A DNA stretch of 63,680 nt, counting the filler, from Collodictyon triciliatum (Eukaryota), in assembly GCA_043381765.1 (NCBI GenBank). It is 9 parts of 9 records of this genome, joined end to end, with 100 filler letters (N's around TTAATTAATTAA, not from the genome) between each part and the next. Parts side by side here need not be neighbours in the genome. Positions count along the whole stretch, not along the records: positions 29,936 to 38,054 come from JBHJMP010003725.1; positions 38,155 to 45,974 come from JBHJMP010003726.1; positions 46,075 to 53,887 come from JBHJMP010003727.1; 6 more parts are not named here. One strand, given 5' to 3'. Shown here in pieces: positions 36,601 to 48,667 of this stretch. The translations under genes and the position numbers were made by a program. Positions within the stretch are counted from its first letter, which is position 1, and each line of letters begins with the position of its first letter. Below the pieces are notes generated by a model, which was not told the origin of the DNA, did not search any database, and saw only the letters and a program-made list of their open reading frames with translations.

Positions 36601-37691
36601 TAAATTAGTCTATACATTCATTTCACACACAAACTTCTCTTATTCTTGGAAGATAACAAAATCCTTAAAATTAAGAATCGATTGTATACTATACTTACCA
36701 ATAATTAACCGATATATGGTCAAATCAGATGCTTGGAAAAAAATCATGTTGTTGACAAAGGTTGATGACCTGAGCACATTACCAAATGAACTTATTGAAA
36801 AGCAGACTACATGGGAGGCCTTTGTATCAAGTATAAGCCAAGACCTTGATCCTCTTCCTGAACCGTATCACTCTAGTTTATCAAGGTATTTTAATCATGT
36901 GAAAATCATGAATCCATTTTGACTTCATTTTTTCTATATTCCTTCTAATTTTTTAACTTTCCATTTTCTTTCATTTTTATGTGATAACTAGTTTCCAGAA
37001 GCTTTTATTATACAAAGCATTGCGTGAGGATAAAATCACTCAGGCAATTCAGCATATGATCAGTATAACATTGGTAAGTTTTTGGTTAAAGTCCTTTGAA
37101 ATTTAACATATCTTCAGTCTTGCAATTGAATTTAGATAACTTCACTGATTTTTATACTATATCTCAGGGACCTGCTTTTGCCCATCCGATGTCTATCGGT
37201 CTTCATGAAGTTTATGAGGATATGTCACACGAAGTCCCACTTCTACTGATTACCACTCGTGGAGTCGACCCATCTTCAAATATCATCGACCTGGCCAAAG
37301 AAAAGAAATTTTATAAGCGACTGGAAATGGTATCGCTTGGGCGTGGACAAGGCATGAAAATTCACTTAATGGTCTATAATATCGCGCATTTGTAAACGCC
37401 ATTTGTTGTTTTTTTTTTTTTTTTTAACAAATCACTAAAAGAAAAAGGCACATCATTATCTGTCGATGAACAACTTTATCTTAAGTTTGTGTTGAAAAAA
37501 AATGATAATGTAGAGAGTGCCGCGACCAAGGCCATCGAAAATGCTAGGTTGAATGGTAATTGGGTGTGCTTACAAAACTGCCACTTGGCAATACCATACT
37601 TGAAGGAACTAGAAAAGATTATTGTACAACTTCCAATGTCAACCACACACGAAGATTTTCGCTTGTTCCTGGTCACATTACCCAGTGATAA
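30166..37691 (+). CDS. Axonemal dynein heavy chain, internal fragment (AAA4, stalk/MTBD, AAA5, AAA6), most like inner-arm DNAH6
   Basis: FRDRLVD, GNALLIG..GRKSLTRLA, FLANGDIPDLF, AMPAYNAALKAL..EIRSFVNPP, CMWVRA, YLGPFT, WPLLLDPQDQ, TLINFRVTPGGLEDQLLSEVIRVEKP..GNILDDE, MYQFSL, CRSLFEKDK, WVCLQNCHLA. Confidence 0.95.
33234..33600 (+). repeat. Near-identical direct copy of 32674-33040, including one dynein exon, abutting a 10-N gap
   Basis: Same sequence at an offset of 560 nt; two identical 92-aa antisense ORFs appear in the ORF track. Confidence 0.95.
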
Positions 37692-38054
37692 GTTAGTAAC
37701 TTCTATTCACTTGTTATATGATAGTAGCTTTTCTCTTCTATTTACCCTCTCCTTTTATATATACAATTTATTTATTCGAAGGCATGATAATGAAGTGGTA
37801 TTATGCACCTTCACTTTCAATACCATTCTTTATTTCACATTCGACATGAATCTTTAATGTCTTCATTTTTTGTGTTGCTTTTTCTTTTTTTTTTAAAAAA
37901 AATTAATTGGATTCACAAACCACACACATAAAACACACACACATTCATACATACATACATTCATACATTCATACATTCATACATACATACATACATACAT
38001 ACATACATACATACATACATACATACATACATACATACATACATACATACATAC

Positions 38055-38154
38055 NNNNNNNNNNNNNNNNNNNNNNNNNNNNNNNNNNNNNNNNNNNNTT
38101 AATTAATTAANNNNNNNNNNNNNNNNNNNNNNNNNNNNNNNNNNNNNNNNNNNN
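38055..38154. other. Artificial contig-joining spacer
   Basis: 44N-TTAATTAATTAA-44N. Confidence 0.98.
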
Positions 38155-38368
38155 GAAGAGAGGTAAAGGAACATAGACAAACATTGCGTTCTTCAAACTC
38201 ACCCTTATTATTTTGACTGTTGCCTATTCAATTTATTATTCTTGACTTTTTTTTTTCAAGAAATAATTGATTGATATCCTATCTTGCTTCCTGACTAATA
38301 AAAAAAAAGTGTATGTTCTGCATTTAACAATTTTTTCTCAATATTATCGTATACTCAGTCACGTGAAA

Positions 38369-41300
38369 ATGAGAATAGAGACAGCCACAAAGCGAGAAAT
38401 CTTGTTTGCGTCCCTTGCTGTGATTTTTGGGTTTCTTGTTTCTGTGTTTGTTGGCTCCATAGGTTTCGTAAAACATCATTAGAATTGCATATGATAAGCA
38501 CATTCTACCCATATTGTATGGATGATTCAAAAAGTAAGGTTGCATCATCATGCATTCACGTAGGACCATCTATTCATTTGTCTCGAAGCGCATCCTCCTT
38601 TACTTGCATTGATGGTGGATTTGTTTGGGTTCCGGAAAATTGCACTGGCGTTTTTCTTGGAATCGTAAGTAATCCACAAAAAGGACTCATATACTTAACA
38701 TTCTCATCAGAAATAGATATTTGTTAAAATTTAAAAATTTCATATTTCTAATCTGCAAAACCTAAATTCTATGAACTCTTGTATAATGAAGCCAGAAAAT
38801 GAGCTTGTGGTAGAGATTTCAAATATGGATAAGTTTGACCAGGAGTTTTTGATAATTGCTCATATATGGAATGCGCGATATGAAACACTCGGTTTTTGTT
38901 TTCATCCATGCTATTCAGTTTGAACGTATATAGACTTTTGATCCACAGCATTCACTTTGCGCACACCAGAAGCGAAAGCAGTTTTTTTTTTTTTTTTAAT
39001 GGTGCTATAATTTATTTTATAACATCTTTTAACAAAAATACTTTAGGTGTTAACGAAAAAATGAAGTTCAGTGTTATAATGGAGGGGAGAGACACATTTG
39101 AGTCTGAGTGGGAGCATATAAGTGGCAGTATTGGCAGTTATCACGAGCGAAAAATGACGTGTGATCAAGTGATTTGAAATATATTCATTCGAAATGTTAT
39201 CTTAAAAATAGGTAGCCAATATAATTTCCCCTATGAACAGCATATCCACTGTTGTACTGTAGGGAAGCCCACTGTGCCAGGGCGCCACAATCATCCATCA
39301 GCCACACATCACATACAGTCATTACAGGATTGGCATCAAGCTTGGTGGGGAAACCTCCTGGGTTGGAAACGTCGATTTAGAGGCAAACCATGATTCTTTC
39401 TTCACTACTGTTTAATTTTAATCATTATTCTCATACGAATACTATTATAAAATCATAGCACCCAAAGTTTATGTGTTATTCTTAGAGGCGATTTTTTTTT
39501 CAATTGTTTTTTTTTTAAAAAAAAAATACTAATGAATTTTGGCGTTTTTTTCCCTTACAGTTCAAGTACATAAACTCTGAATTTACAACTTTTGAGCTCT
39601 GGTTCCGTTTGTTCTTCCTTATTTTAACCTCTCTTGCGGGAATGGTTTTCACAAACCAGCTCAAAGGTGTCAGACCAACTGATTGGGCAATTGAACAAAA
39701 GTATGTTGTTTTTAGAAGAAAATAATCAGATAGTTTAATGTCCTTAGTATGGCATCAGTAGCAATACAAGATTTTGTTAATTTACCTCACGTTTTACATA
39801 GATGGGTTTTCGTGCTGCTCATCGCACTCTTTATGTATAATAGTATGATTTCACTCGATGCAATACCAATTTTAGTATGACCTCTAGATGCAACCTTTGT
39901 TGTTTGCCTCTTAATATCAAGCTTTTCTAAAGATCCGCTGTTCCCTCTGCTGATTATTTACGACGGATTGCTTGCGCAACTGATCAACACATCGTTTATT
40001 TTTGGATTCATATGCATCTTATTGATGTTCTGGCTTTGTCTTCTTGATGGGTATCGAAAGGTAGTTAACATCCATATATTATCACCAAAGTTTTTTTTTC
40101 TAATAGGGAAAAATTTAAAACGACTTGTGAAATATATATATATATATATTCTTTTACATAAAATTCACCATTTCGATGTATGAATGAAAAGCCTGTTCTT
40201 GCACATCATTACAACCGCATGCGCTTTTACGGACCCAAGGCCGCTCTCGTATCGGCTTTGTGGCTGTTTAGTGTGATTCCATACACGATGATAAGGTACA
40301 TATTGAGCACGTTGATTTTTTTTAAAACGATTTTGATACAAAGTGTCCGCTTCATGATGACGTGGGGTTGCTATTTATGATGTATCTAATTGAATACAGC
40401 CTGTTTGAGCAAGACGACCCTGCTTATGATACTTTTACTGATGTTCCTGGAGTGAAAGCTCTATTGTCTATTTCCATAACTCTGTTTGTGATCTACACCG
40501 TATGGTTTTTGTACTCGCTAGTTCGCACAATGATTGATATCCGTGATATTGTCGTAAGCTTTTCTTTTTGTCGTTTTTGTCGTTTTTGTCATTTTTGTCG
40601 TTTTTGTCGTTTTGAATTTTACCATCACTGTCACTATATTTTCTTGATATTTTGGTGCCAATTAATTTGTCGAATCTTCATTCTCTTACTCTCCCAACAG
40701 AAACAGTGAGAATAGGGCTTTTTTTTTTTATTGAAAAATGTTGTCTTATAACGGCCTTGATTTAAAATTGTATCTTATTTTTCAGCACATCCAGTTCCGC
40801 TTCAAATTTTTTGTAATTGTGACATTTTCAGTTATGATTATAACAATTGTCGGCATGTTTATGGGTTTTGTGGGTCCCATCAAAGAGAATGGTTTGCAAA
40901 TTTATCTCCCTAATATTTCTTTACTGTCCAAATTATTTCAACTCTGCAATATACACTATTCTTGTATTTCTTCAGCAACTGTATTTTAATATGAATGACC
41001 TTTTCTTTCTTCCTTTCTTTCTTCTTCTGCTGCTGTTGTTGTGATGTAGCAATTACATTCCTTGTGTATTTCAGCACGTTCAATATGTATGTGTACTTAT
41101 TGAGTTACATGTATGCATCCCCACCCCGCGGGATTCAAGGTACTTAACTTACCAAAGATCGTCCAGTGCTCTATTTTTTTATTTGCCCTCCTTTTTTTTT
41201 TTTTTCTTTTTCATCGCACGAATTTCTTCCCTCGTATTTCCTTGTTCTATTTATTATATTTTGGTTTCTAAGCAGTTACACACATGTATTCTATATTTTT

Positions 41301-41770
41301 CAAATATCTTTTTTCGTTGTTGAAGTTTTGGTATCACTTCGGCTTTATTAACTGATCTTATCTGCACACATCAACCCATCAGCCGAGAACGACCGGATTT
41401 CCATGCTCCAGTAATTAAGAAAACATAGCATAGTCATCCCAATTCTTCCAAAGGAAAAAAAGAAAAGAGAAAGAGAACGCTTGATTAAAATTAATATAGA
41501 TAAATAAAGCTCATAGCTTAATCATTTCATTCAACTCAATACTTATGATCCAATCCAACCTCGCAGGAGCGACGGCGACGACGACGACGACTTTGGAGAT
41601 GAAGACTTCATCGAGCTGAATCAGCCGCGAAACCTGCGGCCACTGAACAACTTTTGTAAGCCTCCCCACCCACCAAAACCCAGGATAAACAGCAGCAAGA
41701 TAAACCACAAAAAGCACAACGTGTCCTCGTCAATCCTCACGCATAACCCACAACCCCCACAGCAGCGTAG
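38369..41770 (+). CDS. TMEM181: TMEM181 (Wntless-like multipass membrane protein), multi-exon
   Basis: MRIETATKREILFASLAVIFGFLVSVFVGSIGP, FKYINSEFTTFELWFRLFF, WAIEQKW..LFMYNNPLFPL, LLMFWLCLLDG, FYGPKAALV, DDPAY, RFKFF, FNMYVYLLSYMYA, and an acidic tail SMLQSDGDDDDDFGD. The last exon is inferred. Confidence 0.88.
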
Positions 41771-42045
41771 CCACCGAATCCCGCCGCGATCCTGCTTCAG
41801 CTTCCCAGACACATAAACACACGATCTATAAACAATAAACGCCCGCAGCAACCAAGCACGATCACACGCTTTAAAAAGATAAAAAAAAAAAAAAGTAATG
41901 AAAAAGTATCGTCAGAAGCAGCCCGCCAGCCCGCCCCCTCTCACTTTTCGCCGCAGGCATTCACACATAATCACACACACATATTCATACAGACTCATGT
42001 TACAGGAGAGAAAGGAGCCAGCAGCCAGCAGCCGCAGCACAGGAC

Positions 42046-43104
42046 ATGAGCAGAGAGGACTACGAATGGAGCGACGCAGACGACCTGCCCGGCCTCGACC
42101 CAGAAAACGACACGGCAAGCGACACAGACTCTGAGGGCGACTACGAGACAGACGTAAGACACCCGATCAATCATCTTTCATCAATCAATCATCAATCAAT
42201 CATCAATCATCTTTCATCAATCAATCATCAATCAATCATCAATCATCAATCAATCATCAATCATCAATCAATCATCAATCATCTTTCATCAATCAATCAT
42301 CTTTCATCAATCAATCATCCATCTTTCATCAATCTTTCATCAATCAACCATCAATCAATCATCAATCAGGAGGCCGGCAGCGTCGCAGACGAGAGCGACC
42401 AGGCACACGCAAGCATAACAGCGGCACTAAGCAGGGTGCAGCCGCAGCTGGGGCGGGTGGCCGTGCTGGACCTGAGCTACAACCGGCTCGAGACGCTGCC
42501 GCGCGCGTTCTTCTGGGGCCTGCCGCGGCTGCAGGTGCTGGACCTGAGCTACAACCGGCTGCGGGGCGTCTCGGGGCACGTGGCGCGGCTGACGCGGCTG
42601 CAGCACCTCTCCCTGGCGGGCAACCCTCTCGCGTGGCTGCCGGCCGAGATCCGCCGCCTGCCTTCCCTGGCAGCCCTCGACGTGCACGGCCTCCCCTGGC
42701 GGCCCCTGCGTGCAGATGCGGATGCGGATGCGGATGCGGATGCAGAGCCCCACAAAGGCCGTTATGCGGTCCCGTCCCTCCGCGACCTGTGCCTCACGCG
42801 CTGCCTCCGCTCGCCGCCCTGCCTCGCGTCCCTGCCTGCCGCCCACGCCGCCGTCCTCGCCCACGTCGCGCACTGGCTCGCCCCGCAGACCGCCGCCTGC
42901 CTCGCCTGCCGCCGCCCCCTGGTTGCCTCCTGCATTGCCGTGGCCTACCGCACCGCCGTTGTCGCCGGGAAGCGCATTGTTCTGAGGTACCGCACCTGCC
43001 GCAGCCCTCTGTGTGTCGGCATAGATGCAGACATATATGCAGATATCGGTGCAGATGCAGATGCAGATGCGGACAGTCGGCTGCGATACTGGGTGGCTCT
43101 GTGA
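42046..43104 (+). CDS. LRR protein with BC-box-like motif and Cys-rich C-terminus (LRRC58/LRRC28-like); probable intron 42154-42369
   Basis: LDLSYNRL twice, LSLAGNPL, VPSLRDLCL, CLACRRP...CRSPLC; GTAAGA donor at 42154 and CAG acceptor at 42369. Confidence 0.8.
   Translation: MSREDYEWSDADDLPGLDPENDTASDTDSEGDYETDVRHPINHLSSINHQSIINHLSSINHQSIINHQSIINHQSIINHLSSINHLSSINHPSFINLSSINHQSIINQEAGSVADESDQAHASITAALSRVQPQLGRVAVLDLSYNRLETLPRAFFWGLPRLQVLDLSYNRLRGVSGHVARLTRLQHLSLAGNPLAWLPAEIRRLPSLAALDVHGLPWRPLRADADADADADAEPHKGRYAVPSLRDLCLTRCLRSPPCLASLPAAHAAVLAHVAHWLAPQTAACLACRRPLVASCIAVAYRTAVVAGKRIVLRYRTCRSPLCVGIDADIYADIGADADADADSRLRYWVAL
42166..42368. repeat. Degenerate (ATCAATC/ATCA)n tandem repeat filling the LRR-gene intron
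   Basis: Direct reading. Confidence 0.9.
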
Positions 43105-43171
43105 CTCTGGTCTGCGGCGAGTGTGGGTCGATGCGGTTCGTTTATGGATGGAGACGGTGTGCAGTGCCGGA

Positions 43172-43298
43172 CTATTTCTTTGGGTTGGAGAGCAGCCCCT
43201 GTGGTTGCGAATGCACAAACACATAAAAGAGGAAAGAGCCAGGAGAAGAAAAAAGGAAAAGAAGATGTGGATGATGAATACGAATGCTAAGATGCAGT

Positions 43299-43331
<33 letters not shown>

Positions 43332-44469
43332 CGATGACGATGGTGGCCAGTTCTCTTACGGAGACGACGGCGCCGGTGATTGCACCCTTGGCCTGCTCCA
43401 GTGTGCCTGCGGCGGCTCCGGAGAGCTTCTTGGATGCGGCAGAGGCGGCCTCGTCGATCTTCTGGTCGATTTCGGCTTCGTGCTTCTTGAGGAAGGGCTG
43501 CAGGAAGTTTTCGTAGATGTAGAGAGCACCCTGTATGTGCGATACAAAAGAGTGGAGTGGAGTGGAGTGGGGTTGAGTTGTGTGGTGAACAGGACAAAAT
43601 AGGATGTGGTTAAGTCGCATCGTGTTCTGCATCTTGGGCGGTCCAGACCATGTAGCGAGGCGCCTGCAGCCAGACAAAGAACAGGAACTTAATTTCATAG
43701 TAGAACGGAATCCTGTGTGGGTGTGTATTTTTGTGAGAGCCTGCTTGTCTTTTCATAACACATAAACACACATTTCACTTATGAAGCATTGATTCAGTTA
43801 TACACGTCACTTGCGGTCTCTATATATTAAGTTATTTTATCATTATCAATATAGTCTTTTCTCTTCTTTCTTTCTTTTTTTTAACAATTATTTGTTTCTT
43901 AATGAGCAGCTCTCGTTTCTAATAGCGTGTGCTTTCTATGCCTCTTTCCTAACCCAAAGCATGCTCATGTAGATACATGTTGCCATCGTTCAAAGTCTTA
44001 CATGTGCATTAAGTGCAAGCCCGAGTAGTTATCATTTACTTCAATAAAATAAAATAAAAAAATAGGCATAGAAAGATTACAACTAACCAATCGAGGAATG
44101 TCTCTGCCACGAGTTCGAAAACTTGGATGAATCCGTAGACGATCCAGTAGCTATTAACGGTATTTAGTCCATTTTTCTACCCGTTTATTTTGGAAAACAA
44201 AAACGGAAAACATATGCCAACATAGAAAAGCTTCACTAAAATGATATGTTAGCTATGGAGCACAGATTTATGCAACGAAAACAAACGCGGGAGAGTATTC
44301 AAAGTAATTCGTCAAGAACATAAATAATAGTGTTTAAAGAAAAATATGAAGGCTAGACTTCTATCTTTTTAGTTTGCGGCTGCGCTTTCAAAGCGAGAAG
44401 CCTGACCACACAAGACTCACGTGAGCCACTGGGAGTCGTCGTTCACGCCGGGCGATTCGATGGCTATGA
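43172..44469 (-). CDS. REEP/DP1/Yop1/HVA22-family ER-shaping protein; 5' end in the gap
   Basis: IAIESPGVNDDSQWLT|YWIVYGFIQVFELVAETFLDW|IPFYYEIKFLFFVWLQAPRYM|GALYIYENFLQPFLKKHEAEIDQKI...|GLLSNPKK*. Confidence 0.93.
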
Positions 44470-45029
44470 NNNNNNNNNNNNNNNNNNNNNNNNNNNNNNN
44501 NNNNNNNNNNNNNNNNNNNNNNNNNNNNNNNNNNNNNNNNNNNNNNNNNNNNNNNNNNNNNNNNNNNNNNNNNNNNNNNNNNNNNNNNNNNNNNNNNNNN
44601 NNNNNNNNNNNNNNNNNNNNNNNNNNNNNNNNNNNNNNNNNNNNNNNNNNNNNNNNNNNNNNNNNNNNNNNNNNNNNNNNNNNNNNNNNNNNNNNNNNNN
44701 NNNNNNNNNNNNNNNNNNNNNNNNNNNNNNNNNNNNNNNNNNNNNNNNNNNNNNNNNNNNNNNNNNNNNNNNNNNNNNNNNNNNNNNNNNNNNNNNNNNN
44801 NNNNNNNNNNNNNNNNNNNNNNNNNNNNNNNNNNNNNNNNNNNNNNNNNNNNNNNNNNNNNNNNNNNNNNNNNNNNNNNNNNNNNNNNNNNNNNNNNNNN
44901 NNNNNNNNNNNNNNNNNNNNNNNNNNNNNNNNNNNNNNNNNNNNNNNNNNNNNNNNNNNNNNNNNNNNNNNNNNNNNNNNNNNNNNNNNNNNNNNNNNNN
45001 NNNNNNNNNNNNNNNNNNNNNNNNNNNNA
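44470..45029. other. Scaffold gap (560 N)
   Basis: N run without the TTAA linker. Confidence 0.97.
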
Positions 45030-45171
45030 CATCATGATTTTAAATGTTAGCATTCAACTCAACCCAAAAAAGTAAAATAAATCTTCGTTGTTTTTCATTG
45101 GCAAGTTTATATTTCTAACCGAATGCTGTCTTATCAATGCCGCAACTCGCACCTAGACGCGCGTAACGCTC

Positions 45172-45974
45172 GAAGAGAGGTAAAGGAACATAGACAAACA
45201 TTGCGTTCTTCAAACTCACCCTTATTATTTTGACTGTTGCCTATTCAATTTATTATTCTTGACTTTTTTTTTTTTCAAGAAATAATTGATTGATATCCTA
45301 TCTTGCTTCCTGACTAATAAAAAAAAAGTGTATGTTCTGCATTTAACACTTTTTTTTTCTCAATTTATCGTCTCCTCAGCCACATGAAAATGAGAATAGA
45401 GACAGCCACAAAGCGAGAAATCCTGTTTGCTTCCCTTGCTGTGATTTTTGGGTTTCTTGTGTCTGTGTTTGTTGGTTCCATAGGTTTCGTAAAACTTCAT
45501 TAGAATTGCACATGATAAGGACATTCTACCCTTATTTTTTTTATGGATGATTAAAAAACTAAGGCCGCATCGCCATGCATTCTCGTAGGACCATCTATTC
45601 ATTTGTCTCGAAGCGCATCCTCCTTTACTTGTATTGATGGTGGATTTGTTTGGGTTCCGGAAAATTGCACTGGCGTTTTTCTTGGAATCGTAAGTAATCC
45701 ACAAAAAGAACTCCTACACTTAACATTCTCATCGGAAATAGATATTTGTTAAAATTTAAAAATTTCATATTTCCAATTTGCAAAACCTAAATTCTATTAA
45801 CTCTTGTATAATGAAGCCAGAAAATGAGCTTGTGGTAGAGATTTCAAATATGGATAAGTTTGACCAGGAGTTTTTGATAATTGCTCATATATGGAATGCG
45901 CGATATGAAACACTCGGTTTTTGTTTTCATCCATGCTATTCAGTTTGAACGTATATAGACTTTTGACCCACAGC
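45172..45974 (+). repeat. Second, slightly diverged copy of the TMEM181 5' region (exons 1-3); allele or recent duplicate, truncated at contig end
   Basis: Aligns by eye to 38155-38950; the exonic differences are synonymous. Confidence 0.92.
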
Positions 45975-46074
45975 NNNNNNNNNNNNNNNNNNNNNNNNNN
46001 NNNNNNNNNNNNNNNNNNTTAATTAATTAANNNNNNNNNNNNNNNNNNNNNNNNNNNNNNNNNNNNNNNNNNNN
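45975..46074. other. Artificial contig-joining spacer
   Basis: 44N-TTAATTAATTAA-44N. Confidence 0.98.
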
Positions 46075-46192
46075 GATTATCCTTTCTTTTTGGTGACTGG
46101 CATGGCCTCTCTTGACTTCTCCTGTCGTAGTTTACTATCACACACGCTCACCTCATCTGATTCATATCTGCGGGTTGCATTATACACCACAG

Positions 46193-48667
46193 CAAAAAAG
46201 CGCGCAAGACGAAGAAGGAAGGCTACTTTCGGGCAGCCTTTGGGCAAAGTCATCGAGCACCAAGAGAAAAAGAAAGCGTCTCTGAAGGTTCCGGCCATAG
46301 TCGAAATCCTTTTGGATTACATTATAAATAATGGTACAATCTTACTATCGATTGCTGTACATATCAGTATCATTTGTATGTCTGTATTTACATATGCAGA
46401 AGTTGCATGGCTATCTTGTTTTTTTTTTAAAAAAAAAAATTATAAATTACAGCTAAATATCTTATTTTCCGCCCTTTATTTTATCATCCCTGCTCGCTCT
46501 AACATAAAAAATTTTTCAAGTGAGCCTATAAACTTAATTTTATTTATTAAATTTAGGCATTGAAACAGAAGGCATATTCCGTATATCAGGCAGTGTCGAT
46601 GAAGTCAACAACATGATTCGCTTGTTTTCAAAAAAGAGTATGTCATCACACTTTGGCCAATCTGGTCTTTGTCTTCTCTAATTGGATGCTATTTTGAAAT
46701 TGATGCTATATGCATTTTAGAAATCAAAAACAGTGGGGATATCCGTGCAGACGAAATCTATAACGCGACCAGTCTATTGAAGGACTACATTCGCTCCGTC
46801 CCAGACGAGCTTATTACCGCACCAATAACACAAGCTTGCTTGCAATTCACGCGTATTTGCCCATGCGTCTGATACAAATATTTCTCTTCTTTTTTTTTTC
46901 CCTACATATATACCCTTAGCATTCTCACCGACATCAATTATATTTCAAGGAACCCTTTGTCACTATATTTTCCTAATTACAGACTCTCCATTCCTGTCGC
47001 CGATTGATGCATCTCTCCTTCTTTTACCATCGAATGTGTTTCACTTCCTTGGGGAAGTATTCTCTCTCCTCCATGTGATTGCACAATACTCCAGCATCAA
47101 CAAGATGACTTTCGAGAACCTGGCCATAGTGATGGCACCCACCATGTGTCACAACCCAGCTCAAGACCTCCGCTCCTTTAAAGAGTTCAATGACAAGAAT
47201 ATCAAAGTTATTCGCACTTTGATTGAACAAGCTCCCCACTTATTCAATATTTGTTATACCCACATAATTGGCCTCCGAAAAATACCATTCCCCACTGTTC
47301 GCATATCCGGTACTCTCAGTGCATCCGGTTTAATAGTAGCAGCGAAAAGTGGACGATTATCTGCACAGAGCGTTCCTCCTATCCTTGAAACTCAATCTCA
47401 AGCATCTTTCTCGGCAACACCGTGCGAGCCGTCCGAAGCTTCGCGTCAGACAGATGAATCTGAAGCACTAGTCGAGTCAATCCAGGTGCAATACGTCGAA
47501 GTTGCACCCAACGTGATTGAAATCCAGTACTTCCCGCCAGAAGAACAAGTCTACAAGAAACTGGACCGAGTTCCCTCAACGATGCTTTCCCCAGTGAATC
47601 CTGATGGGAACAAATCGTCCTCCTCTTCAATCGATTCTGACGACAACGAAAGCCATTTCTCGGACATCAGCGACTATTTGGACGCTTCACAAACAACGGC
47701 TCCAATCTCTGTCTCCACACCATCACGCCCGCCAAGCATGAGCTTCGGCTCCCCACTCGGAATACCAGGCCAAGGGGGTGTTCCGTTCCGCTTCGACCCA
47801 AACATACATGTGATTCGCCACCCAGCACTCATAGCCCAACAACAACATCAGCAACGTCCATATCATCACCACCCCCATCTCTCAAGCGCACCTGTCACAC
47901 AGAACCAGACACGAAGCCTCGCCACGGCCCAATCGCCCTCCGTCCTAACCACCTCTTCCGTTAGTTCGGATAGCTCGAGAACGCACGCGGGAAGCAAGCG
48001 CAGTAGTCTCCACAATTTGGATGCTATATCAACAACCATCAATCATCATCACCATCAACAAGCACCCAATTTCCACCGAACTGCCGTCTTGAACGCAGCC
48101 GCGCCTTCATCTGACCAGACTCCAAGACAACAGCCCCAATCCGCGACGTCTTTACCACAATCATGGAGTGGGTCATCCACATCCTACACACGCAACCCTC
48201 CACCTTCCCCCGTTTACTCACCGCGCACCGGTTTCCCCTACTCAATCACTCGGTCGGCCGTGTTCTCAAACGCATCCGACAATTCGGCCATGGGAAACAT
48301 CTCACAAGTCGCATCTGTCCAAACAGCCGGATTGCTTTATGTGCAGCATCCGCTCCAAGGTAGTCCGTTGTTGAGCTCCTCACAATTACCTTCTTATCCG
48401 CTCGATGCGCAGTCACCAAGCACGGTCTCTTATCTGTCATCCTCCCAACAAGCAAATCCTGTCCAGCCCATGCTTCCTCGCTCGATGATTATTCACCCTT
48501 ACCAGCCCTACCACGCCTCGTCTTCGAGCTATCATTCTGCTTCTGCCTCTGTTGCATCTACTTTGGTCAATCCGAGCCAAGTCCTCTATTCACCATACGG
48601 AAGCTCGAGTTATCATGCTCCGCTCCAGCATATACCTCCCCCGTTCCCTCCTGCTAACCAGCAGTAA
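46193..48667 (+). CDS. RhoGAP-domain protein with long Ser/Pro/Gln/His-rich disordered tail; probably 5'-truncated
   Basis: TFGQPL..VPAIVEILLDYIINNGIETEGIFRISGS..SLLKDYIRSVPDELI..NKMTFENLAIVMAPTM, followed by the 543-aa terminal ORF. Confidence 0.92.

Noticed and set aside
42046..43104. LRR gene as bacterial contamination or recent horizontal transfer
   Set aside because: It has a GT-AG intron and host-type microsatellites, and the GC elevation extends into the flanking native genes.
42427..43698. 423-aa antisense ORF and other overlapping ORFs in the GC island
   Set aside because: They combine one real REEP exon, intron repeats and the stop-poor antisense of GC-rich LRR codons.
44388..45053. 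Long ORFs spanning the N gap
   Set aside because: They are artefacts of translating Ns.
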